Below are positions 40,087-53,100 of a DNA stretch of 64,000 nt, in pieces. A program made the translations under genes and the position numbers. Source of the stretch: Histomonas meleagridis 2922-C6/04-290x (taxonomy: Eukaryota > Protista > Parabasalia); contig JAANOX010000186.1 of assembly GCA_020184695.1 (NCBI GenBank), positions 1-64,000 of the forward strand, written 5' to 3'. Numbering within the stretch: the stretch's first letter is position 1; each line of letters opens with the position of its first letter. A model generated the notes under the pieces. The model searched no databases. It was not told the DNA's origin and worked only from the letters and a program-made list of their open reading frames with translations.

Positions 40087-41337
40087 TTATGGTTCCTCCA
40101 TAATTTCTGCCATTGACTTTGGGAGTTTCGGGGAAATCAGTGTGTGAGCCAACAGGTTCACTGCGGATTTCTGTCTTCTTCTTAAGGTCGGTAATCCTGT
40201 TAACCCCAAATTCTTTCTTGCAGTTTTATTACTATTTCTTTTTTCCTTCAAAGATTCGACTGAAGAACTTCTTATGCATAACTTCGGCAAACCACTAAGT
40301 TCTGTTTCGGGGTCTTTTTTCTTTACGTTATCTTCGAAAGGAGAAACAATTCCATGATTTGATAGTTTTGATGTTTGTGCATTCGCTTCTGATATTTCGA
40401 TAAGTGACAAGTTTTGTTCAGGCGGCATAATGATGCAAACTTGTGAACTTTTTCGCGCAATTGGTAATTTATCCGCGATTTTGAGCCATGGATGCTTTAG
40501 CACGTCTTCAATTGATGCTCTTTCTTGCGGATTAACACGCATCATTTGTCCAATTAACTCGCGACAATCGGATGATACATAGGACGGAATGGTATATAAG
40601 CCTTTTAGAATTTGGCGTAACATAATCGACGTATTTGATACATTCCATGGATGTTCGCCTGTTACCATTGCATATAATATCACGCCGAGACTCCAAATGT
40701 CACTTTTACGCCCATCGTATTGGACACGACATAAACATTCGGGTGAACAATAACATGGCGAACCACAAAATGTTTTCATCATTTGTTGCTCTGAGATAAA
40801 TCCACATAATCCAAAATCAGAAACTTTAATATGTGGAAATTTGGTAATAAGAATGTTCTCGGGCTTAAGATCACGATGAGCAACACCGGATTTATGACAG
40901 TAGGCAATTGCAGATACAATTTGCTGAAAAACATAGGCTGATTCTGGTTCTGTTAACTTGTCATGTTCAACAATGTAATCAAAAAGCTCACCACCGGGAC
41001 AGTAATCAATCACTAAATAAAAATTTGTATCATCCCAGAAAAAATCATAAAGAGCAACTATATTATCATGTCTGAGATACGCCATTGTATTAATTTCTCT
41101 TTGGAATCGATTTAAATCGCCTTTGTCTAATAAATTACTTTTGGGAAATATTTTTATTGCATATTCTTGATTGTTTTTTGTATTTCTTGCTTTGCAAACA
41201 TGAGAAAAAGCACCATGACCAAGCTCTTCACCAATTTCATAGAATTTTACTTCACTTGGCCATGGTTTTGCTGTGTTTTGTTGATCGCTTGAGGGATTAG
41301 TTTGAATGTTCAAATGATGATGATACTGGAAAAGCAC
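40087..41337 (-). CDS. CAMK-group (SNF1/CAMKL-like) Ser/Thr kinase
   Basis: LGHGAFSHV, YAIK, HRDLKPEN, DFG, TFCGSPCYCSPE. No in-frame ATG before the N-lobe (the track start is GTG). Confidence 0.88.
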   Translation of the reverse strand: MLFQYHHHLNIQTNPSSDQQNTAKPWPSEVKFYEIGEELGHGAFSHVCKARNTKNNQEYAIKIFPKSNLLDKGDLNRFQREINTMAYLRHDNIVALYDFFWDDTNFYLVIDYCPGGELFDYIVEHDKLTEPESAYVFQQIVSAIAYCHKSGVAHRDLKPENILITKFPHIKVSDFGLCGFISEQQMMKTFCGSPCYCSPECLCRVQYDGRKSDIWSLGVILYAMVTGEHPWNVSNTSIMLRQILKGLYTIPSYVSSDCRELIGQMMRVNPQERASIEDVLKHPWLKIADKLPIARKSSQVCIIMPPEQNLSLIEISEANAQTSKLSNHGIVSPFEDNVKKKDPETELSGLPKLCIRSSSVESLKEKRNSNKTARKNLGLTGLPTLRRRQKSAVNLLAHTLISPKLPKSMAEIMEEP

Positions 41338-42197
41338 ACAATTATTGATAAGTTTACTTAATTGATCGCTTTAAAAATTTTTTTTGTTGGCTTTCGTATA
41401 AAAGTGTCGTTTTTGCACAAAATATCCAAAACAATTATATCCTGAGATTTGCAAATTTTTTCATCAAATAGCATGTAAAATTAACTTTTATTTAATAATA
41501 TATGTTGTATAATTCGAAAAATATCAAAATCCGCTGTTAGAGGTCGATAACTTGCAAGTTTTTTTCAGCGTTTTTTTTTTGTGCGTGGGGATTTCAGAAA
41601 ATAACAGTTCTTATATGTTCAAAAAGTGAATATATTCTTGATAATTTAATCAAAATTTGAATTGTTAAATCAACAGGTCAATTTCATGGTCGTTTGATCA
41701 AACCATAATTTTGTTTCAAATTTGAATGTACAGTCCTCCAAAATAATGTAAACTATTCATATTTTCAAAAGTCCCCATTCAACGTTGTAAAGATATTTCA
41801 TCGGTTTAATAGAATAATTGATAGAATATACCACTTTTTCAAATGGCTTATCGTGATGGAATGGACCTCCCTTGCTTAATGAGGATATAACAACATATTG
41901 ACTTGTAACATATCACATTGATTATGACGAATCGTGTGATTTTAGAAACAATTAATTTCTTGATTTTTCGTTTTTATTATTCATTCATTTTTCAATTCAG
42001 TAATTTTTTAAATGTTTTTAGCTTTATATTAATTCTTTGATATTGCAGAGACCACATTTTAAGTCGAACCATCAACATTTTCAGCTGTCACTAAAAAAAT
42101 TTATTTAACTCAACATTTGATGAATTTACGAATTCGTAAATCAAAATATTTTACATTCCAAAAAATGATGAATTTACATTTATTCTATAATAATGGC

Positions 42198-45100
42198 CTA
42201 ATTATAAAAATGAACAGCAGGTTGCGAACTATGGCAAAGTAGCTCATATTCGTTTTCAGTTATTTCCAGTGCTTCGAAGTCCTTACTTAAAGAAGAAAGT
42301 TTGTCTTCATTTTTTAAAGTATAATTTTTTCCATAATTTCCAACTAATTTGAAACCAAAATATTCCATATCTTTATCTTCCCATTTTAATGCATTGAAAA
42401 TTCTTTGTTTTGTATCATGGAACACTTCATCTTGTACTATTTTTAATAAAAATGGTTGATTTTTTTTTCTCATATATTGCGAGTTGTATGAAACCGTTAT
42501 TAATTCTGAGCCTATTTGGTCATCTGGAACTACTTCAATTCTTAACGGGTTTTGTAGTTCGTTTATTTCGACACCCAAATCCAAAATTTTTAGGATTTTT
42601 TTCTTTTTGATTTCCATTAATCTTAAATTTGTATTACTATTTATATTCTCCACTTCAGTTTGTCTAATATGCTCAATTAAGTCTGATACACTTGCACGAG
42701 AACTAAATAAAAATTGTGATTTTTTCGCTATTGTTATTGAATCATATGAAATCATTAAATTTATTAAAGAAAAATTATTTACACAATTAAGGTAATCATT
42801 ATCTATAAAAAATATTTCGACTTTCTCAGATATAACATCGGAAATTTTTGCATTTACATCTTCAACAATAGGATTAACATCATGATTTTTAAACATTAAA
42901 AAATCTCTGTTTTCATTAAAAATAATTTTAATGAATTTTATGAACTGTTCCAAAGTAATTGTTGGAGGGTATTTTATATAATAATTATTATCTTCTTTTA
43001 TAATTTTTATTTCTGTTGTATCTTTAAATAAGTTATAATAATCCAAAAATGATTTTGTTTGATCATTAATCATATAAAGATAATTTTTTTCATCAGTTTC
43101 TAAATCAACATAAGTATTTTGTTCAATTATTTCTCCATTTTCTGTCTCAAATACTAAAATTGTACCTCTGGAAAATGATATAAATGGTTCAACATCAGAT
43201 TCTTTTACTTGAGAAAATGTTTTAGTGATACCAAAATTTTGATATATGTTTAAGTTAATTGAATCCGGAATTTTTAAAAATGTTCTAACGCTTGAAACAA
43301 TTTTAGGAAAATCATTCGAATAAACTATTGAATCAACATATTTCGTAAATAGAAATCGTATTGGACCTTTTAAATTACTAAAATAAAAATATATTAATAC
43401 TGGGGTATCATATTTGTCATCTTCAATTTCTTTTCTTATCATAAAAAAGTTTGAGTTTTGTGATGTTTTATATGATGGTGAATTTACGACTTTTGAGGTT
43501 AATTTGTCGGATGTACATGAAAATAAATCAAAACAATTTGTTGGAATCATTAAAATATCAGAAATTAAATCATAAATATTGGAATTTAATTCTCCTTTTT
43601 TCACCGATATTTTTAATGGATTCGAAATTCTTGACACAAAAGAAAAACTTCCATTTAATGCATTTAATTCTAATGCTGTTTTATTATATATTGTTATATC
43701 GATTTTTTCTTTATTTTCTTTTCTTTCTATTAATTCAATTATCCTTGGAGAAATTAAATCATTTGGAACATTTTCATAAAGTTCATCTGCAAAATCTTTT
43801 GCTACATATATTAACATATAAGCACTAAATACTTGATCAGTTTGTTCAAACCCAAATAAATTACTTGGGCCGCCATAATTAGCATCAAATACTTCTCTTA
43901 TAGATGCAGAAGTTACATAAGAATCATTAAATTTATACCATTTTTTTGATGTAGAAGTTCTTAAAAATATATAATAATGTCCTGAAATTGTTGTGCCTGA
44001 ATGTACTAAAACTCCATATAATTCATATTCATATGAAAGATCTGGATTCCGATTCTTTTCTAATACATATTGCGATAAATCAACACAATCAGGATACATA
44101 AATAATGAATTAATTTTTTCGTCTGAACCAGTAAATGGATCATATTCAAATCTTCTTAAATGTAAATATAAAACTTTCGGAAATTCTAAAAATTCAGTTC
44201 CTAATTCAACATCTATTTTCCCATATTCATCTGTTTGATATTGATTATCGCCTTCAAGTTTTTCCGTTTGTAAATAATAATCAAATGAATCACAAAGTGA
44301 TTGACAATTCTTTACGTCTAATGATATATCATAAAAATAATCATAATTAAAACTTTCATATTCAACATTAAGACCTCGAACAAATTTTCGCATTTTACCA
44401 CAAAATAAATTTCGTATGTAATCTTCATATTGAGTGCCTTTAAGTTTTGTTTCGATATTATCAAGTAATACTCGACAAAATTCTTGAACATCATGTTGTA
44501 TAAATGTATCACTATCATCCCAACCAAATGATTTGGTTAGTTCTTTGGTGGAACATGCAGATTTCTTATGAAGTTGCATTTGTGCAAATAAAAGTTTAAG
44601 ATTTAATATAATGTTTTTCTCAGGTGGCTTGTTTGTATCTTCATCCATAATAAAAATAAGTTTACGAAATGATGGAAGATGATATAATGCTTGAAGAATG
44701 GAATTAATATAACATGTGGCACCTTGATTTAAAAGCCCGCAAAATATGGGTGTAGAGCTCTCTATTTCTGTTGTGATTGGTTTAAATGGTAAATATGATT
44801 TTTCAGAATGAAGAAAATCCGTATCAAGGTATTCAGCTTCACTGCTTGAATCAATAGATTCGTTTTCGCATTGTTTTATGATTATGCAAAATATGACAGA
44901 ATCTTTTTGTGTTAGATATCCACTCTCATGGGTAACATCATTACAGCCTAAAGGAAATTTTATTTTATGGGTATAATCTTTTTCTGTAAATGTGAATTTA
45001 CCATGACAGGATATTGGTAATACAGAATTTAAAGTAGATTGTATTTGAATTGTAATATCCATTGTGTAACCACCTGAATAGGAAAAAGAAAATATTATAT

Positions 45101-45266
45101 CATTGGATTGTTTCTTAAAAAAGCAATTGATTATCGAGAAATTATATTCAAAATCTTCTTTTGCATCTGTGATTTTTGACCAATTACAAATTTCCCATTG
45201 GAACGAATTTTTTTTATAGATAAAATCATCATCTTCCTCTTCAAAACTTAGAAAAGGTTCACCCAT
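42198..45266 (-). CDS. USP7-like ubiquitin C-terminal hydrolase
   Basis: MATH-like N-terminus (FQWEICNWS), Cys box GLLNQGATCYINS, QHDVQEF, His box GVLVHSG...GHYY, Ubl-like C-terminal region ending AVHFYN. Confidence 0.88.
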   Translation of the reverse strand: MGEPFLSFEEEDDDFIYKKNSFQWEICNWSKITDAKEDFEYNFSIINCFFKKQSNDIIFSFSYSGGYTMDITIQIQSTLNSVLPISCHGKFTFTEKDYTHKIKFPLGCNDVTHESGYLTQKDSVIFCIIIKQCENESIDSSSEAEYLDTDFLHSEKSYLPFKPITTEIESSTPIFCGLLNQGATCYINSILQALYHLPSFRKLIFIMDEDTNKPPEKNIILNLKLLFAQMQLHKKSACSTKELTKSFGWDDSDTFIQHDVQEFCRVLLDNIETKLKGTQYEDYIRNLFCGKMRKFVRGLNVEYESFNYDYFYDISLDVKNCQSLCDSFDYYLQTEKLEGDNQYQTDEYGKIDVELGTEFLEFPKVLYLHLRRFEYDPFTGSDEKINSLFMYPDCVDLSQYVLEKNRNPDLSYEYELYGVLVHSGTTISGHYYIFLRTSTSKKWYKFNDSYVTSASIREVFDANYGGPSNLFGFEQTDQVFSAYMLIYVAKDFADELYENVPNDLISPRIIELIERKENKEKIDITIYNKTALELNALNGSFSFVSRISNPLKISVKKGELNSNIYDLISDILMIPTNCFDLFSCTSDKLTSKVVNSPSYKTSQNSNFFMIRKEIEDDKYDTPVLIYFYFSNLKGPIRFLFTKYVDSIVYSNDFPKIVSSVRTFLKIPDSINLNIYQNFGITKTFSQVKESDVEPFISFSRGTILVFETENGEIIEQNTYVDLETDEKNYLYMINDQTKSFLDYYNLFKDTTEIKIIKEDNNYYIKYPPTITLEQFIKFIKIIFNENRDFLMFKNHDVNPIVEDVNAKISDVISEKVEIFFIDNDYLNCVNNFSLINLMISYDSITIAKKSQFLFSSRASVSDLIEHIRQTEVENINSNTNLRLMEIKKKKILKILDLGVEINELQNPLRIEVVPDDQIGSELITVSYNSQYMRKKNQPFLLKIVQDEVFHDTKQRIFNALKWEDKDMEYFGFKLVGNYGKNYTLKNEDKLSSLSKDFEALEITENEYELLCHSSQPAVHFYN

Positions 45267-45428
45267 ATACTAAAAAACGCTTAACGTCCCAAAATTATGA
45301 CGATTGTTTGCAGTCAAATTTATAATAAACTTTATAAAAAGTCGATGTTATGTGAAGTCAAAAGTTTGAATTTTATAAAAAATCAAAAAAAAAAAAAAAT
45401 TATAAATTTAATAACGAATCACTGTCGA

Positions 45429-46826
45429 CTACTTTAGAATAAATCTTCTGTTTTTCAAAGGAGCAATAAATTTCTCAGGTATACCTTCTTCTCTTAACTG
45501 TTCTATTTTTTGTTGTCTAATCTCTTCTAATCGTTGCATATAGTCTTCATTTTGTTCTTGTAAATGCTTTTGTTCATCTAAATACATAATTGGTTGTATT
45601 TCTTTTTCTAATTTCTTTTTGTTCATTTGGTCAAGTAATTCTTTTCTATATTGAGCATTTCGAGCTCTTCTTTCTTCTTCTTGCTTTTGTAACTTCTTTC
45701 TTTCTTCTTCTTGTTCTTTCTTAATTCTTTCTGCTTCAGCTTTTTCTATCTTTGCCATTTCTACAAGTCTTTTCTGTTTTTGTGAAATTGCATTTTCTCG
45801 ATCTTTTTGTATTTGTTGCATTTGTTCTGCTTTCTTTTTTCTTTCTTCAAGTTCTTGTTGTCTTCTTTTTCTTTCTCTTTCTTCCATTACTCTTCGAGCT
45901 CTTAATTCATCTTCTTGAGCTGTTGTATCTATTAATCTTTGTTGATTCTTTTGAATTAAATATATTTCTCTTTCTTTTGCCGCTTTTTGTTCAGCAACTT
46001 TCTTCTCATATTCTTCTTCGCGTTGTGCTTTTTGGCGTTGATATTCTGCAATCATTTCCATCTCTTCAACTTCTTCTTGTTTCTCGCGATGTTTTCTTTC
46101 GATTGCAAGACGATTTGCTGTAATACATTCATTAAGAAATTCTTGATTTCGTTTTCGTTGTTCTTCTGCTAATCGACGATCTTCTTCAATCGCAAGTGCT
46201 GACATTCTTTGCATTTCTTCTTTTTCTTGTTGCTTAATCTTTTCTTCTTCTTTTGCAATTCGTTTCTTTTCTTCAATTTGAGCAAGAATCATCTCACTTC
46301 CTTTTTTACGTTGTTCTTGAAGCATTCTCTCACGTTCTTCATAAATTTTTTGTGTTCGAAGACGCGCGGCTTGAAGTGCTTTGTTTTCTTGTTCTTGTTC
46401 CTCTTTTTGTTTTTGAAGTTGTTGTTTTCTATATTCGATTTGCCTTTCTTGCATTGCTTGAATTCGTGCATTCATCATATCTTCATTCATGGCTTTCACT
46501 TCATCAAGTTCCTCATTTGCTTTTGCATTTGCAAGGGCTAAAGTATTTTCATGTTCTTCCATTTTTTTATTTGTTTTCATTGTTTGAGCTTTCATAGTAC
46601 GAAGAGTTTCTGCTTGAATAAGAGATTCCCTTTTGTTTTGTGTCTGCTGGAATTGGTTGCGTTTGGTTTCTTCCTGCTTTTCAGCTGATGCAATTTGTTC
46701 TAATGCAGTTTGATGTTTTGAATATTTTTTTATTCTTCGGAATTGGTTTTTGTTTATGACAGCAGCATTTGTATTTACATTTGATATTTTGGTATTGTAT
46801 TTTGGGTTATGTGTTGTGGTTCTCAT
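45429..46826 (-). CDS. CFAP45: CFAP45/CCDC19-like axonemal coiled-coil protein
   Basis: TPH-type E/K/R/Q coiled coil with DEVKAMNEDMMNARIQAMQERQI, DELRARR and C-terminal QLREEGIPEKF. Confidence 0.75.
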   Translation of the reverse strand: MRTTTHNPKYNTKISNVNTNAAVINKNQFRRIKKYSKHQTALEQIASAEKQEETKRNQFQQTQNKRESLIQAETLRTMKAQTMKTNKKMEEHENTLALANAKANEELDEVKAMNEDMMNARIQAMQERQIEYRKQQLQKQKEEQEQENKALQAARLRTQKIYEERERMLQEQRKKGSEMILAQIEEKKRIAKEEEKIKQQEKEEMQRMSALAIEEDRRLAEEQRKRNQEFLNECITANRLAIERKHREKQEEVEEMEMIAEYQRQKAQREEEYEKKVAEQKAAKEREIYLIQKNQQRLIDTTAQEDELRARRVMEERERKRRQQELEERKKKAEQMQQIQKDRENAISQKQKRLVEMAKIEKAEAERIKKEQEEERKKLQKQEEERRARNAQYRKELLDQMNKKKLEKEIQPIMYLDEQKHLQEQNEDYMQRLEEIRQQKIEQLREEGIPEKFIAPLKNRRFILK

Positions 46827-47194
46827 TTGCTCCTAACGTATTTTTTTCAATCGTTGACCGTTTAAAAACGAAATTGGTGATTGGAAAAACCAAATATTAT
46901 ATTGATCAAAAAAAGAGCCTATTGTTAGCAATGATCCCATTGATATTAGTTAAAATGCTTGGTATTTTTTAACTGAGGTTTAAATGGATGGAATTACATT
47001 TAATTAATATTATAATAATTTGCTAATTCACTCAATAAACCAACAATAAATTGATATGACTACCAAAGTGTGCGAGATTTATAATGTTGTTGTTCTTGTA
47101 ATCATGTGTTTTAGAGATCAAAGAGTTTTTTGTTTGAAACTTTTTCAATACTATATTCAATTGTGCCAAAAAACGTTATTCCAAACTAAAAAAA

Positions 47195-50100
47195 ATGATG
47201 AAACAGGAAGCACTTTTCAATGATGAAAGATTAGAATGGATAAAGAATCAACTGGTTCTTGGTCTTGACCTTAATGGCGTTCCTAATGAACAACTTGTTG
47301 AAGTGCTAACAAAATATGAACTTGCTGATTTCCTCAATGGTAAGACAAATAACACTGCAGTTGTTTTTGTTGCAATAGATAAAATCAAAGAAATGGAAGT
47401 TGAAGAAGATCAACAAGAAGAAGAAGAGGAGGAAGAAGATGTGCAATCAATTATACAAGAAGATCCTCAAGAATATTCAACAGAACAAAACAATGCAAAA
47501 GAAGAAACAACTGAAGAAACCACAGAAGAAACTCCAGAAAAAAATGAAAACAATGATCAAGCTTCACAAATAAATGAGGAAGAAGAACAAAAAAATGAGG
47601 AAAAAACTGAAGAGGAAGAGAAGAAAGAAGTTATTACACATGTTATTGATCTAGCTTTTTATTTTGACAATATTCCATCTATTCCACAAAATTCACGTGT
47701 AATGGCTTTTTATTCTTTACTTGGACCACGCAAACCTATTCCGCGTGATCGCAACAAAATCGGTGGTTGTTTTTCATTTCAAGTTATACCAGGTAATTGT
47801 CTTGAAGGATTATCAGATTGTTTGAACAATGTTTATACACCGATTTTTTCAGAGCATTGTGATTCACCTCCAGAGCGCCCTGATTCAGATCCATTATCGT
47901 CTGGAATTGATGATGATTTTTTATCAGTATTTCAAAAATTTGTCGATGAAATTAATCATTCAGTCCGAAAAATTCGCACTGTTCATGACATTACATTTCC
48001 GGAAACAATTCCAGGGGATCCAGAAGAACTTGCCAAGAATGAAGAATATGTATCAAAACTTGAACAAGGCTTAGATCAATTCACATCATTAATTTCAAGG
48101 ACCATTGATAAGTTAACTAAACAAGGACATGAATCATCTGGTCCATTAGCTGAAGTTGAATTATGGCGTTCACGATATATTGTTTCATCATCTTTATTAG
48201 AACAACTTAAATCACCGAAATTACCCGAATATGTGAAAGTTCTTGATCTAATTAATTCACAAAGTTTAACTAATTTTAATGCTCAATTTGAAGATTTAGA
48301 TCGATATGTTAAAGAAGCTAAAAGTAATGTTGACTTTTTGTCATTACTTGAACGACATTTTCGAAATCTTCAAACATGTCCATTACAAACAATTTATAAT
48401 TCTTTATCATCTATTATGGATAATTTACGATTAATATGGATAACATCAAATTATTATAACACCGAAAGTTTAATGGCGCCATTAATTGAAAGGATATCAC
48501 ATCAATTAAGTGATCGAGTTCAACAAGAAATATCCACTGAAATATTACGTGGTAATTTAGAAGAAGCTATTCAACAAACTGAAACAGCTTATAATGTATT
48601 AACTCGTTGGCACGATCGATTTAATGAAGTTCGATTATTAATTGAGAAAAGTACACATATTCCACGATGGGATTTTGAGCAGTCGCGTTTATTTGAGCGG
48701 CCATTATATATAGCAGATCGATGTCGAGAACTTAAACAAATTGCAGAGAAACTGAATGAACTTTATTTAATATTAGGACCTGAACTTAAATCAGTTACAA
48801 ATAATCCGCATGTAATTGATGAAATTAGAGCACAAGTTGATGATTTAATTACACCATTATCACCATTACCATTTGATATCTTTGATAAACGATTTAGAGC
48901 TCCTTGGGAAACAGTGTTTAATCGATTTTTAGGTGCTGCATTAAAGATACAAGAACAATTAAGTGGATTAATTAATACTTCATTTAAAGATTTAAGAAGT
49001 AGTGAAGCAGGATTAGATTTATTAGATAGATTTAAGAAGATTCAACTTGCCGGTGAAATGAAAGATCAAATGGATGGGAAATATTCCGATGTATTAGCTA
49101 AATATTCCGAAGAAGTTACTGAGATAGAAAAAATTTATAAAGAACAAAGATTAAACCCACCAATATTATCACATCATCCACCAGTTACTGGACGTATCTC
49201 TTGGGCTCGATCATTATTTATTAGGATGAAAAAGCCAATGCTTCGATTAAGAACACATCCACAAATTACAGAAAACCCAAATTTCGAAAGTGTTAAACAA
49301 CATTATGCAGAAGTTGCGAAATTAATTGATAAACAAAATATGCAATTATTTCAAGAATGGAGTTCTAAAACAGAATCAATATCGAATAATGCATTAGAGA
49401 AACCTATTTTAAAATCAATTAAAATTACATTATATGGCGTAACGATTAATCAACATTCCGTAAATTTTGATCCTGATTTACAACAATTAATTAATGAAGG
49501 TAAACATCTTGAACGAATGGGTTATACATTATCATCAGATGTTATTAATGTATTATTACAATATCCGCATTATATGAAACTTCAAAGATCACTTGAATCT
49601 TTATTAAATGATTGGAATAATACATTAAACTCATTAAATTCCGATGAAATTCCAATTTTAATTGGTTGTATGAGAAGTGTCGAAGAAGTATTTTCGGATG
49701 GTACTACATATTTAAATTGGAATTCATTAGGTGTAAATGATTTCTTAACAAGATGTCAACATGCAATTCATCAATTTAAGAGTGCTGCTAATTCTGTTTT
49801 ATCAAATGTCCAAAAAATTAATAAATCGATAAAGTTTATAGGTGATTGTATTACAATACCATCAAAAATACCTTCAAACATCGATTCGATATTTGATTTT
49901 TCGGATTATATAATAAATTATCATAAACAAAAACAAAAAGAAATCCTTTCACAATATTTAGATATACCACCACAATTACGTATTATTGAAGGGAATTGTT
50001 TAAGTATACCAACAAAGCAACAAAATTTAATACAAAAGAATTTATCCGAATATTATTTATTATGGGAAAAAAGATTATTAAATGCTATGACTCGTTCTAC

Positions 50101-53100
50101 TTTATTATCATTAATACAATTACAATTACTTATGGAAATTCCTCAATTTCAAATCGTTGCAAGATTAACTCCACCGAATATATCTTATAATCCAACATTT
50201 GAAATAATATATAAAATATTTAATAAATTAATAAAATTAATTTTAACAACTTCGAATAATTGTATTAAATGGAAAAAAGGTACATGTATTATACCTTTAC
50301 AACAAAATAATAACAATAATGAAGAAAATGAAGAAGAATTATTAAACTTTGGTAATGATGTAATTGAATGTGAAAAAGTTAAATCTTTATCAAATGATTT
50401 ACAAAATAAAATCGAAAATTTAATCAAAGAAATTGAAGAGAAATCAAAAATTTTCGACTTTTATAAAAATATTTGGTTAGATGATAAGAAAGCTATAGTT
50501 GAAAACTTTAAGCAACAAAATCCTTCAATTGCTGAATATGATTCTAAATTTTCATATTATAAGAATTTATATGAAGAAATATCAGAATTACCAACAAATA
50601 TTAATATAATGTTTACTAAAATTGATTATAAACCTATAATTGATTCATTAAAATCAGAATGTAATCAATATTTAGTAACTTATGGTAATGCATTATCAGA
50701 ACAATTACTTGAAAATGTTAAAAATATGGACAATGAATTAAATAAATATCAAACAAATATGAAACATGAAATTAAAGAAAGAGAAGATATTGAATTTGTA
50801 TTACAAGTTATTAATACTGCTAAAGATTCATCAGTACAAATGGAAAGAGATATGTATGAAATTAATGAAAGTTCACGTACATTAAAAATTTTTGGTTTAA
50901 CACAACCTGAAGGAACTGCAAAATTAATTCCTACATTTAAAGAAAGATGGAATAATATTATGGATGAAAGTTCTAAACTTGATATCTCATTACAACATAC
51001 TAAAGAACAATTTAAAGAATATACAATTAATGAAGTTCAAGAATTTAAAAAAGAAGTTCAACAATTTTTGGAGAAATTCGAAAAAGAAGGACCAGGAAAT
51101 CCTAATACACCAATGGAGAAAGGTTTGGATTTAGTATTAAAATATCGGAAAGAATTAAAAGAATATTGTCAACGTAGAGATGATTTTCATATAGCAGAAA
51201 AATTATTTGGAATTCCTTTAACTTCATTTCCTCAATTACAAATTATTGAGACATCATTAAATTCTTATCAACAAATTTATCAATTATATGATAATCAAGA
51301 AAAGACTATGAATGAATGGGCTTCAATGTTATGGTCTGAAGTAGATGTTAATATGTTAATTAATGGAATCGATGGATTTGAAATGTCTTTACGAAAACTT
51401 CCACATGAATTAAGAGGTTTGCCTCCATATGAATATCTTAAGAAAAAGATTTCGACTTTTAAAGAAAGTTTACCTTTGTTTCAAGATCTTAAGAATGAAG
51501 CATTACGTGAACGACATTGGAATGAAATGATGGTAAAAGCAGGCGCAGGAATTGATTTCCAACCTAATGCAGTTACATTAGCTAATATCTTTAAGATGAA
51601 TTTATTACAATATGCTGATGTCATTAATGAAGTTACTAATACTGCTACAAAAGAATTAATTATTGAAAAAGGTATTCAAGAAATATCAGATGTATGGAAT
51701 AAAATGAGATTTACAGTAATACCTTATAAACGAAATCCTTATTCTAATGAAGAAAGAGGTTATATATTATCAGGTATTGAAGATATTTTGACGACATTAG
51801 ATGATAATAAAATGAAATTACAATCATTAAGTTCATCACGATTTGTTACATATTTCCAAAAATCTGTACATGAATGGGAAATTATTTTATCGAAAATTGG
51901 TGACTTAATAAATATTTGGTTACAAGTACAATTAAAATGGATGTATTTAGAATCCATTTTCATAGGATCAGAAGATATTAAACAACAATTACCTGAAGAA
52001 GCTAATGAATTTGCTAATATTGATTTAATATGGAATAGATTAATGCAAGATACACGTAAAAACACTTTAATTATTTCTGCTGTTAAAACGCCAGATAAGT
52101 TAAATACATTACAAAATTTTGCAATTAGATTAGATAAATGTCAAAGATCTTTATCCGAATATTTAGAAACAAAAAGAATTGCATTCCCAAGATTCTTCTT
52201 TATATCAGATGATGAATTATTATCTATTTTAGGATCAGGAGATCCTTCATCAGTTCAACAACATATGATAAAATTATTTGAAAATTGTGAATCATTAATC
52301 TTTAAGAATCAACGTAATACTTATAATGTAATTGGAATGACATCATGTGAAAAAGAATCATTTAATTTTAAGAATAATATATTAGCTGAAGGTGCAGTTG
52401 AAGAATGGATGTTAAATGTTGAACATGAAATGCAAAAAACTTTATATCAAATTATGAAAGAAGCAGTAATATCATATGTAAAAATGCCTCGAACAGAATG
52501 GATTCAACAATATATAGGTATGGTAGTATTAATGGTATCACAAATTTGGTGGACTTATGAAGTAGAAGAATCATTTAGACAAGTTCGATCAGGTAATAAA
52601 TTAGCGATGAAAGAAATGAGAACAAAAATGATAAATCAAATTAATGATATTGTAAAATTAATTAGATCAAATCTTGATAAATTAACACGGAAGAAAATTA
52701 ATACTTTAATCATTATCGATGTACATGAACGTGATTTAGTTGATGGTTTTGTTCGTGATTCTATTTTAGATTCACATGAATTCCAATGGGAAAGTCAATT
52801 AAGATATTATTGGGATCATTCACAAGATGACGTATTAATACGTCAATGTACTGGTTCATTTCAATGTGGTTATGAATATATGGGGTTAAATGGTAGACTT
52901 GTCATTACTCCATTAACTGATAGATGTATTATGACTTTGACTCAAGCTTTATCAATGGGTTTTGGTGGTTCACCTGCTGGACCTGCAGGAACAGGTAAAA
53001 CTGAAACTGTAAAAGATTTAGCTAAAGCTATGTGTCGATTATGTAATGTCTTTAATTGTGGCGAAGGTTTAGATCATAAAGCTATGGCTAGAATCTTTTC

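Noticed and set aside
41640-41930. Possible kinase-like relic (IVYIILEDC) upstream of the CAMK gene
   Set aside because: One weak motif among several stops; cannot be supported without a profile search.
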